A DNA stretch of 64,000 nucleotides from Pirellulales bacterium (GTDB lineage Bacteria > Planctomycetota > Planctomycetia > Pirellulales > DATAWG01), in the NCBI GenBank assembly GCA_963738955.1, contig CAVTYW010000015.1:151910-215909 (forward strand), in the 5' to 3' direction. Below the pieces are notes generated by a model that saw nothing but the letters and a program-made list of their open reading frames with translations, was not told the DNA's origin and did no database searches. The translations under genes were made by a program, and so were the position numbers. Shown piece by piece: positions 52,628 to 63,095 of this stretch (the first letter of the stretch is position 1; the number at the start of each line of letters is the position of its first letter).

Positions 52628-54343
52628 ATGCCCGAAGTTTCACTAGCCGATTGCTCGGCCGATCCGTTGGCCCAGACGACGGTCTTGATTCCCGCCGCCG
52701 GGCGCGTGCCGGAAGGAATTCTCGCGCTTGGCAATATCAGTTGTCCGGCGATGATTCCCGTGGCGGGCAGGCCGGTGATCCATTGGACGTTGCGCTACTT
52801 GCGCTCGCTTGGATTGCGGCGGTTCTCGATCGCCGTCGCGCGTCGTGGGATGTTCGTCGAGGATTTCGTCGAATGCACTTTCGGTAGCGATTGCGAAGTG
52901 GCGTTTCACGTTCCCACGGCGGATCGCGGAGTCGGACACACGGTTCTCGAATTGGCCGAGCGGGCCGTCGGGACGTCGGCGCTCGTCGTGTTGGGCGACA
53001 CGTATTTCCGATTCGCCGACCCGAATTTGCTCTGTCGCGGCGAAGCGGCGGTGCTCGTGGAAACTGTCAACGACCCCTATCGCTGGTGTACCGTCGAAGC
53101 CGAGCCGAACGGTGTTGTCACGACGTGGCGCGACAAAGAACCAGGGCTGCAAGGACCGATGGCGGCGCTGATCGGCGTGTATTATTTTCCCGATCTCGAG
53201 CAACTGCGAACTGCGGCCTGTGCGGCCGACCGGCAGGCAGGAATCGAAAACCGCCGCACGGAAATGGCCGACATTCTCACGCGAGTTGCCGCGGTAACCG
53301 CGGTGCATGCCGTTGCCGCCGGTGATTGGCTTGATTGCGGCAATCCGGATCGCCGCGAAAGTTCGCATCGGACGTTGCTGCAAGAGCGCGAATTCAACGA
53401 GTTGTCGATCGACAATGTGTTCGGCGTCGTTACGAAGCGCAGCCGGCATGTCGAGAAATTCCTCGATGAGATCAACTATCTGCGGTTATTGCCGCCCGAT
53501 TTGTCGATCCTCTTTCCGCGCGTGGTCGGCTATTCGACCGATTACGACGACCCATGGCTGGCGATGGAGTACTACGGCTACCCGACGCTCGCGGAGGTGT
53601 TCGTATTCGAGAACGTCGATCCGGCGATTTGGGAGCAAGTGTTCTTGCACTTGCGGCAGATCGTCGAGCAAGGATTCATGCGCAAGCGATTTCCGTTGCC
53701 CCAAGGTGTCTTGCAAGGAATGTATTTGGAAAAGACGAAGCAACGGCTTGCCGGGCTGCAAAGGCCGGATGAACTCGTGCGACTCGTGCGACATGCCGGT
53801 CCACTTTCGATCAATGGCCGTCGCGTGCAAAACCTGCCGACGCTTTGGGACCGCATTACTACCGAGGTCGAACGGCTGGCGGAAAACGTTCAAGGGAGCA
53901 TCGTGCATGGCGATCTCTGTCTGTCGAATATCCTCTACGACCTGCGCAGCCGAGTTTGCAAGCTGTTGGACCCGCGCGGGAGTTTCGGCGTGGCCGGAAT
54001 CCACGGCGATCCGCGATACGACGTCGCCAAGCTCTATCACTCCGTCTACGGGCTTTATGATTTTCTCACCAACGATTTGTTCCACGTCTCGGTGGCGGGT
54101 GACGAGATTCGGCTCGACATTCGAGCGCGGCCGTATCATCGGCAAATCCGCGAACGGTTCGAGAAAGTGTTCTTCCCGCTGTTCGATCGGCGTGAGATTC
54201 TGTTGATCACCGGGCTGTTGTTTGCCAGCATGCCGGCATTGCACTACGACGCGCCGGCTCGGCAATTGGCGATGTACGTGCGGGCGCTGGAGTTGTTCGA
54301 CGAAGTGTTCGCGTCACACCGTGAAGCTGAAAAGGCGCCATGA
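52628..54343 (+). CDS. Fusion: nucleotidyltransferase (N-terminal) + APH/choline-kinase-type kinase (C-terminal), LicC-LicA-like
   Basis: N-terminal VLIPAAGRV...MIPVAGRPVIHWTLRYL (NTP-transferase fold). The C-terminal IVHGDLCLSNILYD...LLDPRG is the kinase catalytic loop HGDxxxxN plus D. Intact 571-aa ORF. Confidence 0.7.
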   Translation: MPEVSLADCSADPLAQTTVLIPAAGRVPEGILALGNISCPAMIPVAGRPVIHWTLRYLRSLGLRRFSIAVARRGMFVEDFVECTFGSDCEVAFHVPTADRGVGHTVLELAERAVGTSALVVLGDTYFRFADPNLLCRGEAAVLVETVNDPYRWCTVEAEPNGVVTTWRDKEPGLQGPMAALIGVYYFPDLEQLRTAACAADRQAGIENRRTEMADILTRVAAVTAVHAVAAGDWLDCGNPDRRESSHRTLLQEREFNELSIDNVFGVVTKRSRHVEKFLDEINYLRLLPPDLSILFPRVVGYSTDYDDPWLAMEYYGYPTLAEVFVFENVDPAIWEQVFLHLRQIVEQGFMRKRFPLPQGVLQGMYLEKTKQRLAGLQRPDELVRLVRHAGPLSINGRRVQNLPTLWDRITTEVERLAENVQGSIVHGDLCLSNILYDLRSRVCKLLDPRGSFGVAGIHGDPRYDVAKLYHSVYGLYDFLTNDLFHVSVAGDEIRLDIRARPYHRQIRERFEKVFFPLFDRREILLITGLLFASMPALHYDAPARQLAMYVRALELFDEVFASHREAEKAP

Positions 54344-54741
54344 GAATCTGCATCGATCTCGACGGAGTCGTTTGCCGGCTGCGCGAGCCCGGCGAGACGT
54401 ATGCCGAATTGCAGCCGGTGCCGGGGGCCGTCGAAAAGCTTCGTTCCTTGCGCGCCGCGGGCCACTATCTAATCCTGTATACCGCTCGGCACATGAAAAC
54501 CTGCGGCGGGAATGTCGGGCAAGTCGTCGCGCGGCAGGGCGCAACGACGATGGACTGGCTCAAGAGGCACGGCATCGAATTCGACGAATTTCATTTCGGC
54601 AAACCTCATGCCGACGTCTATATCGACGACAATGCCGTTCGCTTCGAAAGCTGGAATCAGATCACCGCGGATGGGTCGTCGCTGCCGGCGAGCAACGAAC
54701 GTCGGCTCGCAATTCGAAATCAGGGCGACTCGCTGCCATGA
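54340..54741 (+). CDS. Small HAD-superfamily phosphatase (capsule-locus type)
   Basis: MRICIDLDGVVC (DxDG motif I), ILYTAR and GKPHADVYIDDN (motifs III/IV). 133 aa. The start overlaps the upstream stop (ATGA). Confidence 0.7.
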   Translation: MRICIDLDGVVCRLREPGETYAELQPVPGAVEKLRSLRAAGHYLILYTARHMKTCGGNVGQVVARQGATTMDWLKRHGIEFDEFHFGKPHADVYIDDNAVRFESWNQITADGSSLPASNERRLAIRNQGDSLP

Positions 54742-55489
54742 ATATCGTCATGCCGATGGCGGGGGCGGAAGTCGATTCGCCCAAATCGGCATCGCCACGC
54801 CCAAGCCGCTGATCGATGTCTTCGGGCGTCCGATGTACGCCTGGGCGATGGACAGTTTGCCGCTGGATTTGGCTCGGCGGGTGATCTTTATTTGCTTGGA
54901 GGAACACCTCCGCGAGCCTGAATTGGAGCGAGATATTTGCAATCGCTACGGGGCCCTCGATCCGGAGATCGTGCGGCTGCAGGAAGTCACCGAGGGCCAG
55001 GCATGCACCGTGCTAATGGCCCGGCGGTGGATCGACAACGACGAGCCGTTGCTGATCTACAACGCCGATACGTATTGCCGCACCTCGCTTGCGAAGCGAC
55101 TGCCTGAGTTGCCGCCGCAAGTGGACGGCTTGCTCGGCGTGTTTCGTGCCCCAGGCGATAAATGGAGCTTCGCTCGCGCGGATTCCGAGGGGCGAGTGCT
55201 CGAGACTGCCGAAAAATCGCGGATTTCCGATTGGGCAAGCACGGGGCTTTATTATTTCCGGCGGGGCCGCGATTTCGTCGCCCATGCCGAGGCGATGATC
55301 GGCGCCGGCGAGCGAGTCAACGGTGAATTCTACGTCGCACCGGTTTACAATCGAATGATCTCCGCGGGGGCACGGATTTACATCGATGCGGCCGAGGAAG
55401 TTTGGGTCTTGGGCACGCCGGAAGATTTGCGCGGTTTTCAAGAGCATTTTGAGAACTCACTTTCCCTCAAGCAAGAGGGAAACGACTGA
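54738..55489 (+). CDS. Nucleotidyltransferase-fold protein (sugar-/alditol-phosphate nucleotidylyltransferase-like), frame break near 54765
   Basis: MNIVMPMAGA|GSRFAQIGIATPKPLIDVFGRPM is restored by adding one G to the G-run at about 54760-54768. The remainder is in track ORF 54512..55489. Confidence 0.7.
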
Positions 55490-56780
55490 TGGCACTTCCG
55501 ACGTGTTCCGCCGTCAACGCGGTCGATCGGCCGGCCGGCATGGCGTTGCGACCGAAAAAAGTCTTGCATCTGCTCAACGGCGCCGGCGGCGGAGCCGCTT
55601 TGAGCACGCTGGGGCTGATCGATGCGTTTCAAAAGATGGGAATCGAAGCTTGCGCGGTTTGCGACGATGCCGGTTCACCTGGCGAGCGACAACGGCTGCA
55701 CGACGCGACCCGCGGCGCCGTGCTGTTTACGTCTCTTTATTGGTGGAATCGCAAAATCCGCGCGGCGACGTGGAAGCGTCCGCTCATTGAATTGCGACAA
55801 CTCATTCGGACCGGCTGGATTCGCCGCTCGACGGATCAAGTGGTTCGTTTCGCCGAAGAGCAACAAATCGACTTGATTCACACCAACACGATCCTGACGC
55901 CGGAAGGCGGACTCGCGGCCCGGCGGCTCGGCTTGCCGCACGTGTGGCATCTGCGCGAGATGTTGGGGCCGACGCGGCCGTTCCGTCTCTCCATGCATGG
56001 TTCGAAGTTGCGCGAGTATTTCAAGCGCCACGCTTCGCTGATTGTCGCCAACTCGCACGTTGCGGCGGCCGCGGCCGGCGATGCGATGGCTCCCGAGATG
56101 TTGCGAATCGTGCCCAACGGAATTGATTTGCGGGCATTCACGCCCCGCGCCAGGCGCCGGCAATTGGCCGTCGGCGAGTGGTTGCGATGGTCGGTGCTCT
56201 GACTTCGCGGTGGAAGAAGCACTCGCTGTTTGTTGAAGCCGCGGCGCGATTCTTGGATGCGCAGGATTTGGAATTTCGAGTTTACGGCCACGATCCGCTC
56301 GCCGGCGGCGCTCAAGGCAATGATCCGTATGCGGAGCAGATTCATGCTCTCGCTGCTCGTTATTTCGGATCGAGCGATCGCTTTTGCTTTTGCGGTCAGG
56401 TTTCCGAACCGGCTCGGATCATGTCGGAAATCGACATCTTGGTGCATCCGGCCGATCACGAATCGTTCGGCCGCGTGGCGGTCGAGGCGATGGCGGCCGG
56501 CTTGCCGGTGATCGGAGTGCGCGAGGGAGGAATCGCGGAAATTGTCGTTGACGGCGTCACCGGCCTGCTTGCCTCGCCGAATGATCCCGATGATCTGGCC
56601 GCAAAGCTGCGTCAGTTGATTGACGATCCGGCATTATGTGCCCAATTCGGAATTGCCGGACGAGCGCGAGCTGAAACGAATTACTCGATCGAAGCCTGCG
56701 CAAAGGGCGTTTTGAACGCCTACGAAGAGGCCATGCAACGGCCCGTCGGCTCGACGCGACACGGAGTTCGCCGGCAATGA
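55489..56780 (+). CDS. GT4-family (GT-B) glycosyltransferase, frame break near 56175
   Basis: The C-terminal HPADHESFGRVAVEAMAAGLPVIGVREGGIAEIVVDGVTGLL carries the EX7E-type motif. The parts are in track ORFs 55489..56202 and 56178..56780. Confidence 0.75.
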
Positions 56781-57867
56781 AGTTTTCGATCTGCATCCCG
56801 AACTACAACTATGAAAGGTATCTGGGTCGAACGATCCAAAGCGTGCTGGACCAGACCGAGGCTGATTTCGAGATCTTGGTTTCGGACAATGCCAGCACGG
56901 ATGGTTCGCGGGAGATCGTCCTCGCTTTCAACGACCCACGAATTCACCTGCACACGAACGCTTGCAACGTCGGCTTCGCGGCCAATCTCGATCGCGCCGC
57001 TCGCATGGCGAGTGGCGAGCGGATGTTGATGCTCTCGTCGGACGATTTGTTGCGGCCCGGCACGCTGTCGATGTATCAGGAATTGTTCGCGGCTCTCGGC
57101 TCGGCCGGCGAAAGCGCCGTGGCGAGTGCCGCGGTGGAAGTGATCGACGCGGAAGACCGGACGATCGGCCGCGTAGGGCTGCCTGCGAACAACGTGTGGC
57201 TGCCAGGCGATCGAGCGCGGGAGCTCGACGCGATTGCCGGCGGCCCGGTGTATTGCGTCGCCGGACGCGAATTGCTTCGGCGCTGCCTTCTGGTGATGCA
57301 GAATCCATTTCAGTTCGCGGCGACGACGTATCCCCGATCACTTTATGAAGCGGTCGAGGGCTACGGCGGCGGGCGACAATTGAATCCCGACAAATGGTTT
57401 CACTGGAAACTGCTTGCGCTGCTGAGAAGGCTTATTTCATCGATCGGCCCGTGTCGGCTTACCGCTGGCACTCCTCGAACCAAACCGCCCAGCAGTCGGG
57501 CAGCGGAGCGCTGAAGTACCTGGTTGACGAATACGTCTCGACGTTCGAGATCGACGCTCGCGTGCTTCAGGAAATTGGCATGCAGCGCGCCGAGCTTGAA
57601 CGGGCTTTCATCGAATACGACGTGGGGCGCTACGGCCTGGCCTCGCTTGCCCGAGGCCAACGTCGCCAAGCGCGGCGGATATTCCACTACGGCAAGGCGG
57701 TTTATCCGCAACACGCCGGCAAGGATCGCTATGTTCGAATGCTCGCGGTGTTGCTTCGGCTCGGCCCGCTCGGCCAGGCGATTGCGCGAGCCGCGTATCG
57801 CTACCGCACTCGCGCAAGCCGCGAGCGGCCGGAGAACGCTTGGGAGCTTGAGGGAGCCTACCGTTGA
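56777..57867 (+). CDS. Family 2 glycosyltransferase, frame break near 57415
   Basis: MKFSICIPNYNYERYLGRTIQSVLDQT, VSDNASTDGS and LSSDD. The parts are in track ORFs 56777..57514 and 57394..57867. Confidence 0.75.
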
Positions 57868-59153
57868 ACCTCGACGCGACTCTGGCGGCGTCCACCACCA
57901 TTCGAAGCGCGTCTTCGCATCTCGTGGCTAACGGCAAAGTGCTCGTGCTGGGACAGGGCACCAGCAGTTTTTTGACGGTCGTTCGTTCGCTGGGGAGACA
58001 AGGAATCAAAGTTCACGTCGGCTGGTGTCCGCCCGATTGCCCTGCCCTGAAGTCGCGGTATGTTGCTCGATTCCATGCGATTCCGCCGTACACGTCCGAT
58101 GGTGAATGGAAACGCCGCCTGATCGAGCTCATGGAGCAGGAGCATTTCGATTCTGGTGCTGCCGACGAATGAACAATGCCTTCGACCTCTTCAACAGAAT
58201 CGAATCGAATTGAACCGCGTGGGGCGAGTTCATGGGATGGAGGATCACGCGTTCGAAGTGGTGTTCGATAAGTCGCAAAGCCTGTCGCTCGCCGAATCGC
58301 TTGGCTTGCGAGTGCCGCGGTCGCGGATCGTGCATGATTCGACGGAATGCGCGGCTTTGGCCGGCGAGTTTGGCTGGCCGGTTGTGCTCAAGCCGTTATC
58401 GTCGTACAGCCCGGCCGACCTTGGCCGCCGGCGCGAGGTGGTGAGAGCCTACGATTCCGATGAATTGGAATCGGAAGGCTGCCGGCTGTTAGCCGAGGGC
58501 GCCGTGTTGCGCAAGAATGTTTCGTGGGGGTCGGAGTGGGAGTCGAATTGTTGGCCGAGCATGGCGAAGTGCTCGTCGCCTTTCAACATCAGCGCGTGCA
58601 TCAGCCGCCGCGGGGTGGGGCAAGCAGCTACCGCAAGAGCACGGCGTTGCGGTCCGATCTCCTGCAAGCAGCCTCGCAATTGATCGAATCGCTGGATTTC
58701 ACGGGCGTGATCATGGTCGAGTTTCTCGTCGATCCGCGAAGTGACGACTGGCGATTTGTGGAGATGAACGGCCGATTCTGGGGTTCATTGCCGTTGGCCG
58801 TGGCCGCGGGCGTCGATTTTCCGGATGACCTTTACCGATTATTGGTCCACGGCACTCGGCAGTTTCCCGCCAAGTATCGAGAAGGATTGTATTGCCGCAA
58901 TCTGATCGGCGATTTGGCTTGGGCCTTCGACAATTTGCGGGCGAACCATCGGGACCCAACTTTGGCGACGGTGCCGTGGTGGCAAGCGGTTCGTGAGTTA
59001 GGCCGGTTGCTGATGTTGCGAGAGAAGTCCGACACGTTTGTCATCGACGATCTCCGTCCGGGATTCGCGGAGGTGGCTTACTATGGGCGGCGATCGCTGA
59101 GCAGAATCGGCCGGAGACTACTTTCGATCGTGCGACCAAGGCGCACGGCGTAG
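57864..59153 (+). CDS. ATP-grasp enzyme (paralog 2), frame breaks near 58155 and 58510
   Basis: Collinear with 49135-50500. Matching pairs: KVLVLGQGTSSFLTVVRSLGRQGIKVHVGWCPPDCPALKSRY versus KVLVLGDGTTHFLSVVRSFGRKRIAVHTGWCSADCPALRSRY; WPVVLKP in both; PPRGGASSYRKS versus PPRGGASTYRKS; FVEMNGRFWGSLPLAVAAGVDFP versus FVETNARFWGSLPLAVAAGVDFP. There is no phosphatase domain. Confidence 0.7.
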
Positions 59154-59174
59154 AGGTATCGAGCGACAGACGCG

Positions 59175-60122
59175 ATGCGACCGACCGTGCTTTTTTATCA
59201 TCAGGTGTTACGGCGCCCGCGACCGGAGCATTATTTCTTCCGGCAATCGCCGACGGTCGATCAATTTCGCGAATCGATGAAGTATGTGCGGCAACGCTAC
59301 CATCCAATATCCGCCGATCAAATGTTGCGGTTGCCGCGAGACGGGGGGAATTTTCCTCGGCGATCTGTTTTGATCACTTTCGACGATGGATTCCGGAACA
59401 ATCTCCTCGCGGCCGAGATTCTGCGCGAACTCGACATGACGGCCTTGTTTTTCGTTCTTTCCGACTCGATCGACACGAACTTCAAACCGTGGTATTTGCG
59501 ATTCGCTCATATTCTCACGACGCGCCAAAAGCCCTCGTGCACGGCCGCTTGGGGCACGGTGAGCTTCGACGATGCGCTGGCTCGCCGTCGCTGGCTCGCC
59601 GCGGCGAAGGAGCATTTGCTCGCTTCGACGCCCCTCGAACGGGACCGCCATTTGGAGCAATTGTCGGATGAACTCAAGTGTCCACCCATGGACTTGACGG
59701 ACGTGGATTGCGGATTCCTGGGGGCCGAGGATTTACGCCGCATGATCGCTCTCGGGATGACGATCGGCGGCCATAGCGCCTCGCACGACAATCTGTCCCG
59801 GTGCGACGACGCCGAGTTGCATCGCGAAATGGTGACGAGTCGTGAGCAACTGGCAAAAGCGAGCGGCCGACCGATTGAGTTCTTCAGTTATCCCGACGGC
59901 CGGTACGATCGGCGCGTTTTGGACATCGCAAGGCGGCAATATCGGATGGCGTTTGCCGCCAGTTGCCATCTACCCAAAACCGACTTGTGGCGCTATCCGC
60001 GTCGCGCGGCCGATGATTGCACGGTGTCGAGCGTCCTAAGCCGCTGGTATCCATTGCGGCGCCGCGCGGCGGAAACGGCGAAACGGTTGCTGCGCGTGCC
60101 CGGAGCACCGAAACCCGCATGA
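59175..60122 (+). CDS. Polysaccharide deacetylase (NodB-homology, CE4-like)
   Basis: VLITFDDGFRNN (the TFDDG motif) and IGGHSASH. Intact 315-aa ORF. Confidence 0.8.
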   Translation: MRPTVLFYHQVLRRPRPEHYFFRQSPTVDQFRESMKYVRQRYHPISADQMLRLPRDGGNFPRRSVLITFDDGFRNNLLAAEILRELDMTALFFVLSDSIDTNFKPWYLRFAHILTTRQKPSCTAAWGTVSFDDALARRRWLAAAKEHLLASTPLERDRHLEQLSDELKCPPMDLTDVDCGFLGAEDLRRMIALGMTIGGHSASHDNLSRCDDAELHREMVTSREQLAKASGRPIEFFSYPDGRYDRRVLDIARRQYRMAFAASCHLPKTDLWRYPRRAADDCTVSSVLSRWYPLRRRAAETAKRLLRVPGAPKPA

Positions 60123-60324
60123 ATGGTGCAACCCCCGAGCTTGCGGGGATTCAACGAGAGATCCGGTCCGACAGAGAACGCGAGTCTCCGACGGTGGCTA
60201 ATCGGGATATCCGGCATTATCGCTCCCGCGACGCCGGCGGAAAACGCGTGAATGGCCACATCAGGTCCGTTTACGAAAATCGGCTCCCTTCGCGCCACTG
60301 GCCGTGCGCTGGTAACGACTTAGA

Positions 60325-61731
60325 ATGATAGGTGGGGAATTTCATGCGGAAATGGGGATCGTCGAAACCATGAATCCGAACCAGGTCATGCATCCGAGCC
60401 CACAGTGGCTGGCGGCGATGTCGGCCCGAGGCTACCCATCGGCGGAAAGGCAAGCCAACCGAGTTACGATCGGCGGCGTTTCGCTATTCTTGATCGGATT
60501 TACGATTTTCCTCTCCGGACTGGCCGTTTTCCGCGGGCACGTATTCAATCTTCGCGTCCAGCCGTTCCTGATTCCCGTAGCTGCGGCACTACCACTCGTG
60601 CTAGTGCGCTTTGCGAAATTTCCGATCAAAGTCCTCCTGGGATTTCTGATATTCTGGAGCCTATACGCCATTTCGCTGATTGGTCCAAGCGTGCAAACGG
60701 TCAGTCCGTTGGAGGACGCGATCAAGTTGGCTTCCGCCGTCGCCGTGGTAGTGACCGTGGCGTTGTTGGTGTCGAGCCGTGCGGACTTCATTCTCGGGTC
60801 GTTGGGGTTTTGCTTGGCCATTGGCGCGCTGGCGATTCGTGGTTTGGAAGAAGAGCAAGAGAACATTATCGAGGTGGCGAACAAGAATTCCTACTCGATG
60901 TACGCGTTGCCGGCGGTCCTATTGGCTGTCTTTATCGCGGTGCAAGTCGATTGGAAGAAAGTTTCGTTTCGCAAGTTGGCGACGCCGATCATGCTTCTGT
61001 GCTCGTTGGCGGCCGCGGTTGCGATCATCACCGGCGGCAATCGATCGGGATACCTCGGTCTGGCATTGATCGTTTTGATGATGGGATTCTATTTGGTTTT
61101 CAGCCCAAGACTGCGTCTGGGACGGAAATCGAGAGGTGCAATCCTATTGACCTGCTTGATTGTGGCCGTGGTTGCCGGATTGGCCTACAAGGGAGCGCAA
61201 GTATTCGAGCGTCGCATCGTGCAAACCGAGGAAGGAACCGATTCCGACCGTTTGCGAGTCAACCTATTTCTGACTTCGCTGGAGATCGGACTGGAACATC
61301 CGATTCGAGGAGTCTCGCCGCAGTATCTGCCGGTGATGCTGGCCGAGCGATTGTTTCCCGGTCGTGCGCCAGGGCATGGTTATGAAACGCACAATGTTTT
61401 TGCCCATATCATCGGCGGCTGCGGATTCTTGGCGATGTTCGCCTTGATTTATGTGGCTTGGACCCTGTTCTTTTGGCGCCCGCGGAATTCTCGACGGCCG
61501 GAGGCCAATACCGACTTTTACGATGCCCGAACTCTCATGCGGATGATGATCGTCCTATGGGGCGTGCGAGGATTATTCAGCCAGGAGATTCTCTACAACC
61601 CGGGTTTTTGCATGGGTCTGGGATTGGCAATCGGACTTTGCATGGTCGAGCTCGATTTGATCAAAAGATCGGCCCCTTTCGGCTATCCCACGACGGGCCA
61701 ATTGACGTCGTCGTATCCGTCGCGATCGTAG
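60325..61731 (+). CDS. O-antigen ligase/polymerase-like polytopic membrane protein
   Basis: About 10 or more hydrophobic segments, a central loop containing ...GNRSGYLGLALIVL..., and a later ...HNVFAHIIGGCGFLAMF typical of the Wzy_C/O-antigen-ligase family. The start is uncertain (ATGs at 60325, 60352 and 60370). Confidence 0.6.
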   Translation: MIGGEFHAEMGIVETMNPNQVMHPSPQWLAAMSARGYPSAERQANRVTIGGVSLFLIGFTIFLSGLAVFRGHVFNLRVQPFLIPVAAALPLVLVRFAKFPIKVLLGFLIFWSLYAISLIGPSVQTVSPLEDAIKLASAVAVVVTVALLVSSRADFILGSLGFCLAIGALAIRGLEEEQENIIEVANKNSYSMYALPAVLLAVFIAVQVDWKKVSFRKLATPIMLLCSLAAAVAIITGGNRSGYLGLALIVLMMGFYLVFSPRLRLGRKSRGAILLTCLIVAVVAGLAYKGAQVFERRIVQTEEGTDSDRLRVNLFLTSLEIGLEHPIRGVSPQYLPVMLAERLFPGRAPGHGYETHNVFAHIIGGCGFLAMFALIYVAWTLFFWRPRNSRRPEANTDFYDARTLMRMMIVLWGVRGLFSQEILYNPGFCMGLGLAIGLCMVELDLIKRSAPFGYPTTGQLTSSYPSRS

Positions 61732-61885
61732 GCAAGCGAGACACCGCGCTCGCGCGGTCATTTGATCGGCATGGATTTGGTTGAAAACTCGCCCTGCTTG
61801 CCGCGCAACGCGGCTGGGCCGTTGCCCGTTGCGGGGCCCACGCCAGCAGAATCCGACCTGTTGTTCGACGAACACTCGAGATCGA

Positions 61886-63095
61886 TTGGAGAAGCTACGC
61901 ATAGGCTTCGTCAGCGGCCGGACGTATTTTGCTGGCGATGGACTTTGGGCCGACGCCGGTTTGGGACGACTGCTCGATGCGATGTATCCCTGGTGCGGCC
62001 GGCTTACCGCCGCGCTTTGTCAGTCGGTTGCACCGCAACCGCTGTTGGATCACCGCTTGCAAATGCCGCGCGACGACGTGCTTCGCTTGCCGGACCTGCC
62101 GAGCATCGGTCGCGGTTTTGGAAAGATCGCGTCGTGCCGGCGAGTAATTCGCGAGGTCGAACGGCGGTCGGATGTCGTCATTGTTCAGCTGCCGTTTGCG
62201 GCGACGTTGGCGCTGCTCGGCGCACGGCGGCCGCGGGTCTATCAGGTTTGTGCCGACATTTGGGCTTTTGCGCCGATCTTCCCGATTTGCCGGCTGGAAG
62301 CGGCCGCCGGCGCTATTGGCGGGTGGATTGATCGATCGGGTGCAGGCGGCGTTGTTTCGCCGTGGCGACGTGCGGGTGGTGACCAACGGCGCGGCGCTGC
62401 GAACGCATTATCGCGAACCGCCGGGAAGAGCGATTGTTTCGTCGACCATTCTTGAACGTGAGATTCGCAGCGCCTCGCGCCGTCGTCCGGCCGATGCGCC
62501 GTGGCGCGTGCTCTACGTGGGTTACGTTCGCCATGAAAAGGGAACGGATCTCTTGATCGAAGCTTTCAGTCGCGTGCTGAATACGATGCCAGATGCCGAA
62601 CTGGAGGTCGTGGCGGGACGCGACGAAGCCGGGCGCGGAATGGCCGCGGGCTTCGCGAACGCACTTGCTGCCTTGGAGCGAAAGGGAACGGTGCGGTTTC
62701 TGGGCCATCGAAATTTCGGGCCCGATTTGTTTCAGTGCTTCGCGGATGCCGACGTGCTGGTGGTGCCGAGCCGCACGGAAGGAACGCCGCGCGTGTTGGT
62801 CGAAGCCCGCGCGTTCGGTTGCCCGGTGATCGGCGCCGCGGTCGGTGGCATTCCGACTTCGATCACCGACGGAGTCGATGGCCTGCTGGTTCCTCCGGAA
62901 GACCCGGCGGGGCTCGCCGACGCCATTCTTCGATTGGCCCGCGATCAGCAATTGCGAGAACGACTGATCACCGCCGGCTATGCCACGGCCCATCGATCGA
63001 CCGTCGAAGCGTTTGCCGCAGCGCTCGCGGAAGAAGTTGCCTCGATAGCGCCAAGCCTCAAGCCTCAAACCTCAAGCCTCAAGCCTTCTTCCTAA
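61886..63095 (+). CDS. GT4-family (GT-B) glycosyltransferase, frame break near 62285
   Basis: Probable TTG start at 61886 (EKLRIGFVSGRTYFAG). The C-terminal VVPSRTEGTPRVLVEARAFGCPVIGAAVGGIPTSITDGVDGLLV carries the EX7E motif. The last 13 codons are encoded by a heptamer array. Confidence 0.7.
63053..63087. repeat. Heptamer tandem array AAGCCTC x5 (one AAACCTC, one AAGCCTT)
   Basis: Units at 63053, 63060, 63067, 63074 and 63081, read directly. The array ends 7 nt before the ATG at 63095 and encodes SLKPQTSSLKPSS* of the upstream GT4. Confidence 0.9.
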
